A DNA stretch of 63,989 nt, the filler included, from Hausera hauseri (taxonomy: Eukaryota): assembly GCA_046269625.1 (NCBI GenBank). It is 12 parts of 12 records of this genome, joined end to end, with 100 filler letters (N's around TTAATTAATTAA, not from the genome) between each part and the next. Parts side by side here need not be neighbours in the genome. Positions count along the whole stretch, not along the records: positions 1 to 4,309 come from JBJURY010643441.1; positions 4,410 to 8,928 come from JBJURY010543675.1; positions 9,029 to 17,033 come from JBJURY010825416.1; 9 more parts are not named here. One strand, given 5' to 3'. Under the pieces are notes generated by a model that ran no database searches, was not told the origin of the DNA, and saw nothing but the letters and a program-made list of their open reading frames with translations. Both the position numbers and the translations under genes were made by a program. Of the stretch, positions 1 through 12,109 are shown piece by piece; position 1 is the first letter of the stretch, and every line of letters starts with the position of its first letter.

Positions 1-199
1 ATCACAAACATTATTTGACTGACTTCGCATTAAAGTCAAAGAAGATCATCTTTAATGAACATAAGCCACTTGAACAGCCTGCAGTTCCACAGCCTGCAGT
101 ACAGCCAGGTGCAACACTAAAACGCGCATCAGGCGCATCAGGCGTAGCGGCTCCATCAAAGAGTCAAAGACAGAGGCCAGTTTATGCTGCAGCATAAAG

Positions 200-3100
200 A
201 GGAAATTCAGCAAATATGTCTTTGATGCAACTGGTCAAACAATCATCAAGGAGTTCCTGGAGTACACAGAGGAATAAGCAGAGGGAATTCTCTATGACAA
301 CATAGCTGAGTTCAAGGCCATTAAAGATAATATGAAACTTGAGGCCACATATATCAATGTTGATGGCGAAGAGTCCAAAAACGCCTTCAAAACCAGAAAT
401 AGACCCATTTTGAAGCCACAAATATAGTAAAATGGCTACATGAAGATCATGCAAAGCTGATCCGTGAAGCCAATGAGAGCCAGAGTAAGAAGAGCGGATG
501 GACTCTGGCTAACATCAAGAGATTGCTTGTGTATGTGCACAGATTCTTCCCCATGCGCGGTACTTCATATATTTAACTACCTAATTGGATCGCTAATAAA
601 AAAGCATGTGTCAGTGTCCAAAATAATGACAACATGTGTTTCCTGTATGCCATTCTACCAAAACTCGTGCCTGGTCAACATAATGCTTCACGAGTTTGGA
701 TATATAAGAATGTGCAGCAAAACTATGACGCCCAATGTACCACATTCCCTCCATCCTTAGATGAAATTAAGAAGTTCAATCGAATAAACAACATATCAAC
801 CAACATCATTGGATTGGATGAGGAAGATAAATTCTATCCCCTGCAGATATCTGATACTGAATTGGAAGATCATAAGGATCTGCTCCTAGTAGACGATGGA
901 TAAAAGAAACATTACTGTTTGGATTAAGAACTTTGAGCTTCTAGTCAGATCCCAAATTACGAATCATCATAGACAAATAGAAATATGTAAACGATGTCTG
1001 TCTCATTTCAGTGGTGATTCAGCAGTGGACAAGCTTGCAGGGCACAAGATGTATTGCAGCAACAATTACTGTGAAAGACCAGAATTTCCCAAGGAAGACC
1101 ACATTGAATTCAAGGAGTTCGAGAAGAATATCAAGGTCACAATAGTTATCTATTGCGATTTTGAAGCTATTCTCAGGCCAGTTCACAGCTGCACTCTCAG
1201 TCTTCAACATAGCAGCACAACAGCATACCAATATCATGAACTCTCATCATATTGCATGTATGCCAAAGGACTGGAAAGTGAACCATTTCTATTTAGAGGT
1301 CCAGGTGCAGCAGCACATTTCATGAAACGAATTGAAGATATGGCTCATAAGCTTCAAAACATGCTTCAGCCACATAAACATAGTATGAGCATGTCGTGGA
1401 AACAAGCAGAAGAATGGTGCAAGGCAACAACATGTTACTTGTGCGACAAGTCCTTCACCAATGAAAATCATAAAGTCAAGTATCATTGCCATTTTACAAG
1501 TGCATATCGAGGAGCAGCATGCGACAACTGCAATCTTCGCTACAAAACATGCACATATGTGCCTGTAGTGTTCCATAATCTCAGTGGCTATTATTTCCAT
1601 TTCATAGTCCGAGAATTAGGCAACAATGATGGTAATATAGATTTGATCCCAAACAGTGAGGAGAAATATATCACTTTCACTAAGCATTTTGGGAAAATCC
1701 GACTTCGCTTCATAGACAGCTTTCACTTCATGTCGTCTTCACTGAAAAGTTTAGTGGAGAATCTCCCTGCAGAAGAACTCAAGAAGATGACGCGATTCTT
1801 CCCCGCTACATTTGACCTAGTCAAGAGGAAATGCGTGTTTCCCTACGACTACATAACTTCATGGGAAACACTGGATGAGACCTCATTGCCGGATAAAGAG
1901 GAATTTTATAGCCAGTTGTCGGACTGTGATATCAGTGATGCTGACTACAAGCATGCTCAGAACGTCTGACATGCATTCCAATGCCGAACATTAGGCGAAT
2001 ATAGTGATATATATGTCCAAACCGATGTGCTGCTGCTGACAGATGTCTTTGAGAGTTTCATAGATGTTACAATGAAGAGCCATGCTTTGGATCCGGCTCA
2101 TTTCTTTAAAGCTCCATAGATGAGTTGGGCAGCAGTGCTGCGCTATACTGGTGTTAGGCTGCAGATTATTAAGGATTACGACATGATCCTAATGATAGAG
2201 AGAGACATTGAAGGCGGAATATGCCAAGCCATTCATCGGTATAGTTAGGTCAACAACAAGTATATGGCCAAATACGACTCAACAAAGGAATCCTCGTATA
2301 TATCATACCTGGATGCCAACAACTTGTATGGATGGGCTATGAGCACCCCATTGCCATATGATAACTTCAAATGGATCGAGAATCCTGAAAACATCCATAT
2401 ATTGTACCTAGATCCCACTGAAGACACAAGATACATACTGGAGGTGGATACGGAATATCCGGCTTCCATCCATGCAAGGTATCAACAGCTGCCTTTCCTC
2501 CCTGAGAGCAGGTCTCCACCTCATGGAAAGCAGCAAAAGCTGTTTTCTCAACTGGGTAATAGGGAGAAGTATGTAGTTCACTACATCAATCTCCAGCAAG
2601 CTGTTAAACATGGATTCCGCATTACTAAGATCCATACAGCCCTGCATTTCAACCAGTCCGTGTGGCTGCAGTCATACATAGATCTCAATTCGAAGCTTCG
2701 GTCTAATGCCAAAAACGACTTTGAGAAAGATCAATTCAAACTATATAATAACAGAGTTTTTGGCAAGATCATGGAGAATATCCGCAACAGAATTAACATT
2801 GAGCTAGTATGTGATTGGAAGCGGGCAAAGAAGCTTATTACCAAGCCTAACTTCCATAGCAGCACCATATATACTGAGAACCTGGTAGGAAAACATATGC
2901 TGAAAACAGCATTGGTATTCAACATGCCCATATATGTGGGTATGGCAATATTGGATTTATCAAAGACCTTAATGTACAGATTCCATTACGATATAATGGT
3001 CCCCAAGTTAAAGTCCATGCAGCTGATGTACATGGATACTGACAGTTTTATCTATCACATCTATACAGAGGATATTTATGAGGACTTTGCCCAATTGGTC

Positions 3101-3395
3101 AAACATGTGCATACCTAGGACTATCCGAAGGACCATCCCAACTATTCAATTGCCAATAAGAAAGTCCTTGGGATATTCAAAGACCAGGTGAATAGAGTAA
3201 TCATCTCATGATTTGTAGCTCTCAAATCTAAAATGTATGCTCTAGACGTATGTGGGCAAATCAAAAAGAGAGCCAAGAGCGTTCAAAGGGCTACCTTAGC
3301 CAAAAAGATCAGTTGTCATGACTATGTGACAGTTCTACAGGAGCAGATTCACATCATTTTAGAAATGAAAAGGATCCAATCTAGAAATTAATTGA
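200..3395 (+). pseudogene. Protein-primed family B DNA polymerase (Polinton pPolB) with endonuclease VII-like insert, disrupted
   Basis: Exo I VIYCDFEAIL, endoVII-like CYLC...HCHFTSAYRGAACDNCNL, Exo II FHNLSGY, Exo III YVQTDVLLLTDVFE, Pol motifs YLDANNLYGWAM, KLYNNRVFGK, YMDTDSF. Split over ORFs 634-903, 896-1969 and 2264-3118 by stops and frameshifts. Confidence 0.93.
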
Positions 3396-3669
3396 CCTCA
3401 TTATTATCCACGTGTTGAATTATTCATGCCCTGTTTATACATGTATCCATCTCCGAGGTAGTTTCAATTTTCTCGCAGCAACTAATTTAGCCGCAGTTTT
3501 ATGTATGGGCATTGGTTTCTTAACTGTCTTTCTCTTTGGCTTGTTAGTCATTGGCTTTTAACCACTAGCTTTTTAGCCATGGGTTTTTTAGCTATTGGCA
3601 TATTAGCCTTTGAAATATTAGCCTTTGCTTTGACTTTGATATACAGTTAGCGAAAATTCATAATTGCAT

Positions 3670-4309
3670 ACAGATGCAATTCGAACAACGATAAAAAAGG
3701 TTTAACCTAGATATGTGCAGACTGATTTAGGAAAGGAATTCTATAATAGTAAAGTAAAGTCTGTATTTGACAATTATGGAATCAAACACTTCTGTGTTTT
3801 GATCCAACGAGGCATGCATTGTTGAATGATATAATCGGACAGTGAGAGGAAAGATTGTAAAATATGTAACTTATACTGGTAAAAGGTATGGTACAATGTT
3901 CTGGCTAAACATGTTTATGGATGTAATAATAGTCCACATCGTGGATTGAATAGTCTTCGTCCAGTAATGTTACTAATGACATGTACATATTCTTACATAG
4001 TGATGATAAAAAACATAGAAAGCCCAAATATAAAATTGCTGATTATGTTCGAATCAGTAAACAAAGCATAACACCTCTTATCAGGAACTTTAATAATAAT
4101 TGTAGTGATGAGGTGTTTCGAATAAGTGGAATTAATACGAGGCAAATGCCTATAATGTATGATATAACAGATGATGCTGATGATGAAATTGTTCAGGGAA
4201 AATTTTATGAGCAGGAATTAAATGTTCTACCCAAGAAACCTGAGGTGTACAGAGTGGAGAAAATCATCAGGTCTAAAGGAATAGGGAAAGACAAACAGTA
4301 CCTTGTCAA
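3670..4309 (+). pseudogene. Polinton integrase (rve core C-terminal half plus start of chromodomain)
   Basis: PRYVQTDLGKEFYN at about 3706, CIVE*YNRT, then KYKIADYVRISK...GKFYEQEL...YRVEKIIRSKG..KQYLV. Truncated by the contig end. Confidence 0.85.
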
Positions 4310-4409
4310 NNNNNNNNNNNNNNNNNNNNNNNNNNNNNNNNNNNNNNNNNNNNTTAATTAATTAANNNNNNNNNNNNNNNNNNNNNNNNNNNNNNNNNNN
4401 NNNNNNNNN
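4310..4409. other. Artificial contig spacer N44-TTAATTAATTAA-N44 (first of 11)
   Basis: The same 100-nt block recurs at 8929-9028, 17034-17133, 22159-22258, 27342-27441, 33663-33762, 40612-40711, 46383-46482, 50527-50626, 55164-55263 and 59944-60043. The core gives stops in all six frames. Confidence 0.98.
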
Positions 4410-6007
4410 CAAGTTTGAATTTTTAAAATAACTCTTTGATAATTTCATTTCCTTTGGGCAAAATAAAATTGATGATTAATCGGTAAACTAATTTCATTAA
4501 TTAAACATGACATAGGGCAACCATTAACGATATCAAAATACAATTTGAATGTAATTTAAATATTGCTTTTATTTTAATAATTGTAATCATTTTAAATTTA
4601 GTTATTTCGTATTAATTTTGATTTTGCATTTTTCCACTTTTGTGAAAAACGAGGTAATCAGCAAAAATCAAATGTGTTTCTTTAAATATTATGGCGTCAA
4701 GTAAATTGAACAAATATATGTAATTTCGTGCTTTATACATAAAAGTGTTGCTTTCGTGTGTAATAATTCACAGTGAACTATATTGTTCATTTATTTTTAG
4801 CGGTCAAAAAGGTTAAATAGTGGATTATAATTATTAATCACCCTTACAATTACATCTATAACTAATACTCAAGCAAAATAATATCATAAACACAGATAGC
4901 AAATATTGTGTATGTGTAGAAAAAGCCTGATACAGTTGTTTAAAACAACAGAATTTCAGTCAGAAAATATTTCTCTTTACCCTAAAATATTTTATAATGC
5001 ATAATGCAAGTTATTTGAGGTTGAATATGAAATTTAATGCAAAAGTTGGTGTCAATGNNNNNNNNNNACGTATGTTTTACAATAATATAGGTCTGTTATT
5101 GACTCGGGTGAAAATGCGAATATTTGTCATAAACACAATTTTAAAGTTAAAAACAACATTCTTCGTCAAATCAAATGCAACTTTGAATATAGTCGAGTAA
5201 ATTTGTGAATAATGGAGTAATTTGAACATGGTATTATGAAAACAGCGGCAGTGAGTGATCTCAACTCCATTCATTTTTATGATTAATTAGTAAATATAAA
5301 TTATGAAAAGGAAAATTAAATTCGTACATTGCCTTTATTTTTCAAACAATGCCCAATTTACTCCATTATACATTAAAATAGTATAACAATAGTATAGTCA
5401 ATAAATAGTGCCATACAGTAGTTAAGTAATACAATTGATAAGTAGTCAGTTAATACGTTTGTGTAATATTGAATTTGTCTAATTATTTGAACAATGTACC
5501 ATCAACAAGATCAACACCATCATTCTCATCGACATCGGTATTGTAATTGTATATGTTATCATCAAATTATCTATCTGGAATAGATCCCATTCAAGCAGCA
5601 GTTCGGATAGTTCTGGACACGGACATGGCCACAAACATGGACATAAGCATGGTCACAAACATGGACACGTGAGTTTTGGTGAAATGATTATATGATTTGA
5701 TTCCATTTGGTGATTATGACGATCTCCTTCAAGTAACGGGTTTCTTAACACTCGTATGGCTGTGGCCGGATGTAGAACTTTATTAATTGAATTAGTACTT
5801 TCAAAAGCAACATAAATTTTAAAATCTGAACTTGGACTATTCAACAGAAATGTTGTTTTTTCACCGTCTTTCCAAGACAAAAATGTATAAATAAATAAAG
5901 ACAAAAGTATATACAATTTATTTACATACAACTACATACACTACTTATAATAATTTTTATTTACAACACAAAATATAAACACTTTATTTACAATGAACAA
6001 TATACAT

Positions 6008-6886
6008 TTACTTGTAATAATTTTTATTAACAATATGGCAGTTCTTGTATACTGTCTTCATCTTCCCATCATCCTTTCTCCTTCCTTCTTCATCGGTTTG
6101 CATCCCGATTTCACTATTTCCAACAACAATTGTCTGCGTACATATTCCAACTGTTTCTATCTTCTCTGTTTGTACGCCACATTTTCTCATAATACAACAC
6201 CTTTCTTCATTCACCTTCTCTGTCTGAACGCCTATATTATTATTCTTCTTTCCCTCAACAAGCTTTGCTATACTGAATGATGAAGGCACAGTCTTTCCCT
6301 TCGACTCTACAATACTTTGCTTCTCTACAATGGTTTGTGTTTCGACATTCTTCATCACCTTTCTCAACTGCTTAATATACCTGTATATCTCCTTCGATTG
6401 TTCTTCAATCCTGCTTTGAAAATGTTCATTTTGTAACTTCAGTTTCTTATTTTCTGCTTCCAGCCGCTTCTTTTCTGCTTTAATTTGTATCATTTCCTGC
6501 GTTTCTCCATTTTCTTTTGCTTTGGTCTTTATTTCGAATCTTTTGTCCAAATTACATCGCATCTTCGGATCACTGACACAATCCATCTGCACTTCTTTCA
6601 CCCTTGCGCTTACTGCTCCCTTACGCCTTCTATGATATTCCTCATTCCATTTGTCATAAAACCTATTTCGAACGGCATTTCTTTCCATAGAATTATTTGC
6701 CGCATCACAGGCTTTCTTCAAGATTTCCCGCCTTTCCTTTGTGATGCGGGCCTCACAAACTACTTTTCGTTCCTTAGGGATACTTTTCTTCTCTGACGAA
6801 ACATCGGACAAAAAATCATCGTCACTTAATTGAATATCTTCCCGAACTTGATCAATGTCTACATCTAAACGAAACTTTAAATCCAT
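6008..6886 (-). CDS. Hypothetical 292-aa charged coiled-coil protein with five TQT-like motifs
   Basis: Long intact ORF. E/K-rich heptads (AEKKRLEAENKKLKLQNEHFQSRIEEQ) followed by VETQT, GVQTE, GVQTE, CTQT, GMQTD. Confidence 0.55.
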   Translation of the reverse strand: MDLKFRLDVDIDQVREDIQLSDDDFLSDVSSEKKSIPKERKVVCEARITKERREILKKACDAANNSMERNAVRNRFYDKWNEEYHRRRKGAVSARVKEVQMDCVSDPKMRCNLDKRFEIKTKAKENGETQEMIQIKAEKKRLEAENKKLKLQNEHFQSRIEEQSKEIYRYIKQLRKVMKNVETQTIVEKQSIVESKGKTVPSSFSIAKLVEGKKNNNIGVQTEKVNEERCCIMRKCGVQTEKIETVGICTQTIVVGNSEIGMQTDEEGRRKDDGKMKTVYKNCHIVNKNYYK

Positions 6887-7784
6887 CTGTATATTACAAT
6901 TTCAATTACCTGTTTGTTTTGCTGCAATTATAATTTCCTCTGTTAAGTTCTCCTTCGATGTTGTTGTTTCTAAATTATTATATATTATATTTAATATTTT
7001 TTTTTCTGGGTTTTTAAAGGATTTTAGCATGTGTTAGGGTTTGGGGCTTATTTTTAGGCCTTGGGTTTTTCTTCTAGAACATACTGTCTTTATGAATGAT
7101 CTAGGCATTACTCAGTAACAATAAGATAAATATGAATTAACATACTGATTGCATAATTCTAGCACTTCTTCAACGGCGTTTCGAAGGATCCATCCTCTGT
7201 CACCAACCAATACATGTGGAAAAAGCTTATACAGCTTTCTATAGGGATCCTAGAAAACATAACAAAACTTATATCTGGTACATATAATCAATAATTATTC
7301 ATTAAGGCTCGGATTTATATGCATTTATAACTACCAATATATGCATCAATTACGCATTTAAAAACTAATAAATAAAAGAACTCATAACTATCATTATGTG
7401 TATTCTGTGACATGCTTTTCAATAAAATTTGTGGTTGCTATGTATTTGATTTTTTAATGGTTATAAATGTGACAAGTTCCACAGATTTATCTTTTAAAAT
7501 ATGCAGAACCTTCAAATGCAAAAATACATTAAAATTACTAACTGATAGATTCTCTAAAATAAAAAGTAAATAAAAATCAAAATGAAAAGTAAATAAAAAT
7601 CAATTACCTTTACAATCGATTTAAAACTACTCGATCTAAAATAAAAATGAAATATAAACAATCAGAAATGTAATCAACAATTACCTGTGATAGACTTGAA
7701 CTGATTGACTGATGGGCGATAATTGCTTTCCGTTTATTTTGTAAAACGGTACATTTATTTAATGGAATTGTACATTTTTCTTGT

Positions 7785-8928
7785 TTGGAGAAATTGCAAT
7801 TGGAGAAATTAGCGCTGGGGAAATTAGCAGCTAGAGCATACCCAGACGCCACGATAAGGAACAATGCATTGTTAGCTCAGTTCCAATACGGATTGGAAGA
7901 AAAGTTAAGGATAATAATTTCTCAAGTAGATAGGCCTACGTTCCAAGAAGCAATAAGGAAAGCACGAAAATCTGAACGTGATGCGGAACTATATAGATGG
8001 AATAAGTCCAGAAGTAATAATAGTAATTACGATAGATAAAAGAATAATAGCACACGAAGATAACAACGGTATAATAAGAACAGGAGCCCATTCCAAACAT
8101 CGCCTACAAAAGCTGAATCAGATGTGGAGAAAAAGGTCAGATTTAAGCCGAAGAATGATGAAGAAAAGTCAAACTATAAGACGAAATCTTCCATGAAAGA
8201 TGGAAGGGAATTACCCAATATAGATTCAGATGGGAGATTAAAGTGTTTCAACTGTAATAAATACGGCCACATAGCAAAAACGTGCAGGTCAAGAAAAAGA
8301 GATTATTCAAAGTCCAATGGTAATAAACAGAAGAAGAAAGATTATACATCAGCCACATCGGGTGAGTCATCCGATAAAGAATATGAAACAGAGGATAGTG
8401 AGCATGAAAGAAAGATAAAAAGAAAGAAAGTGTAAATTATGTTAAGGAGATATTATTTCAACATATGAAATAGCAGTTGGCCATAGAACTAAAGGATTAT
8501 AAAACTCGACAGAAACGATTAACAGAAAATAGTATTTACGTAACGGAAGAAAAGTCAAAAGGAGGAAAACCCCGACAAGGAAGAAAGAAGGGTAATAAAA
8601 AGACAATAGAAGAGGAGGAATCCAGAGAAACCTCTGCGGAGAAAAGCGATGTAGGACAAAAGAAAAGAGGACAAAAGAAAAGTAAGTCTGGCGAGTCAAC
8701 GTCAAGGAAAGTGAAAAAGAAGTGCAACCTACAAAAATTTTTGATAAAACCGTCATTGAACAAGTAATAAATGATATATAAGTAGATTTAGATACTGCAA
8801 ACGACCTTATCCAAGCAGTAATTGCTATAGATCCTGAAAATATATAAGACGTAAATCAAGCGACAAGTACAATACTAAAATTAATAGACAGTAAGGTATA
8901 TACAGTTAAGACAAACGAAATTTTATTC
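7785..8928 (+). pseudogene. LTR-retrotransposon Gag with CCHC zinc knuckle and basic linker
   Basis: Capsid-like LAARAYPD...LLAQFQYGL...PTFQEAIRKA. Knuckle CFNCNKYGHIAKTC at about 8243-8285. Several stops. Confidence 0.8.
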
Positions 8929-9028
8929 NNNNNNNNNNNNNNNNNNNNNNNNNNNNNNNNNNNNNNNNNNNNTTAATTAATTAANNNNNNNNNNNNNNNN
9001 NNNNNNNNNNNNNNNNNNNNNNNNNNNN

Positions 9029-10438
9029 CATCACCCAGGTTCCAAGGCTACATTCCGCCTTCTCAAACGTCACGTAACATGGCCATCAATGAGGTCTGAT
9101 GTACAAAACTGGGTTAGGCAATGCATAGCTTGCCAAAAGTTCAAAGTAGCCAAATATCTTAAACCACCATTATTCCATTTCCCATGTACATCCCGTTTTG
9201 AGTCAGTGCATATAGATATCGTTGGCCCATTACCTCCTGATAACGGCCACCAATTCATCTTAACAATGATGGACCGCGCGTCTCGTTGGCCTGAAGCCGT
9301 CCCTTTGCGCTCCATCAATATAGACTCCATTGCCGACGCGTTCATAAAGATCTGGATTAGCCGGTTCGGTTCACCTCGCTACATAATTACGGACCAAGGT
9401 CCTCAATTTGAGTCAAATCTATTCAAATCTTTAGTTAACCGACTGGGCATAAATCACATTCACACAACTCCGTATCATCCCCAGTCGAACGGCTTATTAG
9501 AACGCTTTCATCGCACTCTCAAGATTTCGCTAAAAATCCTGGCCGAAAGTAATAAGAATTGGACAACCATCCTTCCTTTTGTTTTACTCGGGTGGCGCAA
9601 CACGCCGTCTACTACCACCGGTTGCGCACCTGCTGAAGCACTCTTTGGTACTACAATTCGGGCACTTTTTGAGCTCACCGACTTAGATAACACACCAACT
9701 GACGAAACAATCAGATCTGCACAAAATCATTTCGTTCAGATAAGCCAGGATTCTTTCTGTAAAATAGTACATGGAGACAAAACTTACTTACCTGACTCGC
9801 TATTTAACGCAAAATTTGTTTGGCTAAAAAACCCTTCACCTACAGGATTCCAACCAAACTATTTAGGACCATTTAAAGTCCTCAACCTAAGTTCGCACAC
9901 GTTTACCATACTCAAAAACGATAAAGAGCAAAATGTGCACATAAATAACGTAAAACCAGCATTCTTCGTCGATGATACACCGGAATCTTCAGCTGAATCT
10001 ACATAAAACTTTCTTGACTCTTTCAGTTCTTCTCCCATTCTGCCTGCACGACAATCTGCTACTCCAAAACCTGAAACAACTCAAAACATTACACCAAATG
10101 CTATACCGATCAGTTCTTAAGCTACTGACATGTCAGATCAAAGTTTAACTTCCTCCCAAACAACTCAGCAATCAATAAAACAATACAGTAAAGAAATAAG
10201 ACTGTTACCTTCAGCAAATACAGCAGAGAACAGAATGTAGACAAAATTCAACGCCTTGTCCATATGCAATAGCTGACAAAACTTATTCTTTCCACGTTTC
10301 TGATCCAATCACACAAAACTCGCTTTTTTCAATTGTCCGTCTACACCTCACTGCTTTGTCTTCTTGCTCTCGCCCAGACAGTGTCATTTTATAACGGGGG
10401 TAGTGTGGTGCTGCGGGCTTGGGTGCGTCACACCACCA
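9029..10438 (+). mobile_element. CsRn1-like Ty3/Gypsy element, 3' part (copy D)
   Basis: Integrase, S/T/P-rich tail, G-rich PPT (CGGGGGTAG, 10395-10403), then a TG-starting GC-rich terminal segment 10404-10438. Confidence 0.88.
9089..10006 (+). CDS. Gypsy integrase (CxxC of the zinc domain, DDE core, GPY/F motif)
   Basis: CIAC, VHIDIVGPLP, IITDQGPQFES, YHPQSNGLLERFHRTLK, YLGPFKV. Open for 305 aa; the N-terminus is cut by the contig start. Confidence 0.93.
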   Translation: MRSDVQNWVRQCIACQKFKVAKYLKPPLFHFPCTSRFESVHIDIVGPLPPDNGHQFILTMMDRASRWPEAVPLRSINIDSIADAFIKIWISRFGSPRYIITDQGPQFESNLFKSLVNRLGINHIHTTPYHPQSNGLLERFHRTLKISLKILAESNKNWTTILPFVLLGWRNTPSTTTGCAPAEALFGTTIRALFELTDLDNTPTDETIRSAQNHFVQISQDSFCKIVHGDKTYLPDSLFNAKFVWLKNPSPTGFQPNYLGPFKVLNLSSHTFTILKNDKEQNVHINNVKPAFFVDDTPESSAEST

Positions 10439-11897
10439 AGACAACATCTTTCGACCATCCAACAAGTATTGTAAAATATACTATATGAGACGTTTGATAA
10501 TTTTTGCCAAAAGAAGTTTCCATGAAATCTTCTATTTACGGACCAATTAGTTCTTTAGGAATGTTCGTCGTACTGATTAGAAAAATTAATATGGACACAT
10601 CAGCCATTAAAAGTTTGAAAAACAAAATAAAGGAAAATTATAAGAAAAACGACTACTGTTCAGTTATTGGTAAACATGAGTCAAGTTCAAAATGTTAACG
10701 TGTACTAGCTAGTACGAGTTCAGAATCAAACTTTTCAGATGCATTTTTTCCCAAACATAATTAGACAGTCTTTGGTAATGAAACTGTTGTCGAAAATAAA
10801 TATAATAGTACACGTTATGCATACATGCAGACGATTAAACGTTCAATCTATCAATAATCCAGAATACAGAATGTTTTAAATCCGAATCACTCAGAAGAAC
10901 GATTTTTAAATATCAGTAAATAATCCGTTATGCACAAGGCACAGATTTTATCCTTTTGATTAAATGCGAATACAATTTTGAATACAATTCGTCATTTCTG
11001 TTAAAAATTCGAACAAAATATTTTAGATTCTGTTGTAATCAAAATTTCCTTTTGGCCAATGTAATTGTCATTTACCTTTGTTTTATAAACGAATTAGTGC
11101 CGTGATCACGGATTGGGTTGTGCTGCCAATCTGATGCTGTTTTAATAAATAAAATAGATAAGCGTTAACTGATAAAAAAAAGAAGTGTTTGGTGATACTG
11201 TTATAGAATACAATCTTTTGAATTTTAATCAAATGGTTTTGTTTTTTAATATTGACAGTTTGAAGATTATTTATTTGGATCGAAGATGTTATTCAGTGCC
11301 ATTTAATTTGACCCTGAGTGGTCAAAAATGGCACTGAGGTTGGTTATGTTAACCGTAGTCTGGATCATTTAATTGACAAATTTATGTTTGGCCTAACTAT
11401 CCTGACGAAAGAACAATGGTGTCAAAAGCACAGAAAATACTCTACCGCTTTATGCATTTCGTACCGGTTTTGCTATGGGACATTTCAAAACAGTGTAAGG
11501 TTGGTGGTTTGCTCATTCTGTGGTTTGCGGCACTTTTTACGTTTTTATTTCTTTGTTGAATTTAAAATGAAGAATGTTTTAAAAGAAAACATAGAAAACT
11601 TATTTAATCTCATTCTTCATACTTCTCTATTCTTATTAAACAGTCAATTATTGGCACAAAAAACCATTTTATATGCTGTCACTTTTAAAGGTTCAAAACG
11701 GTTGTCCATACTAATAATTTACAATGACATATATTTGTTTAAATTAATCATTAAATTCCAATTGAAACAGTCACTTTTCAAATTCTATTTTTTGAAATTT
11801 AATACGCGTCTATTGTCGTTGAAATATGTTGATGAATTGCACGAAATGTCATTCAACGATGTCGATTACAAAATAGTAGATTTAATTTTATCCACAG

Positions 11898-12105
11898 GTC
11901 AGTTATCGAAAGAATCTAGAAATGATCCAACTTTTCACCAATGTATTTACGAATCAGCTACGTTGCCACTTTGTTGTTTATCGGATAAACCATCGTATTT
12001 ACGTGAGAATTGTAAACGAATTGTTGAAGAAAACTACAAATTAGCATTTGACAATTATTGTACATTTATTCAAACGGCCGAATGTACGAAAGAAATATTT
12101 CGAGA
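11898..12105 (+). pseudogene. Possible UBE2Z-like E2 C-terminal fragment
   Basis: HQCIYESATLPLCCL...KRIVEENYKLAFDNY weakly resembles the UBE2Z C-terminal extension as recalled from memory. Preceded by an acceptor-like ttatccacag. Confidence 0.22.
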
Positions 12106-12109
12106 TTTC

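Larger units (their letters stand above)
1..4309 (+). mobile_element. Decayed Polinton/Maverick (adintovirus-like) fragment
   Basis: Protein-primed PolB followed by a retroviral-type integrase with a chromodomain-like C-terminus on the same strand. Confidence 0.88.

Noticed and set aside
200-3395. Alternative genetic code explaining in-frame stops
   Set aside because: TAA, TAG and TGA all interrupt conserved frames alongside frameshifts, which fits decay.
4310-4409. Regularly recurring palindrome TTAATTAATTAA
   Set aside because: It is always centred in identical N runs. This is a concatenation spacer, not biology, and linkage across it is invalid.
7030-7046. TTAGGG telomere-like motif (also at 19897)
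   Set aside because: Single copies only.
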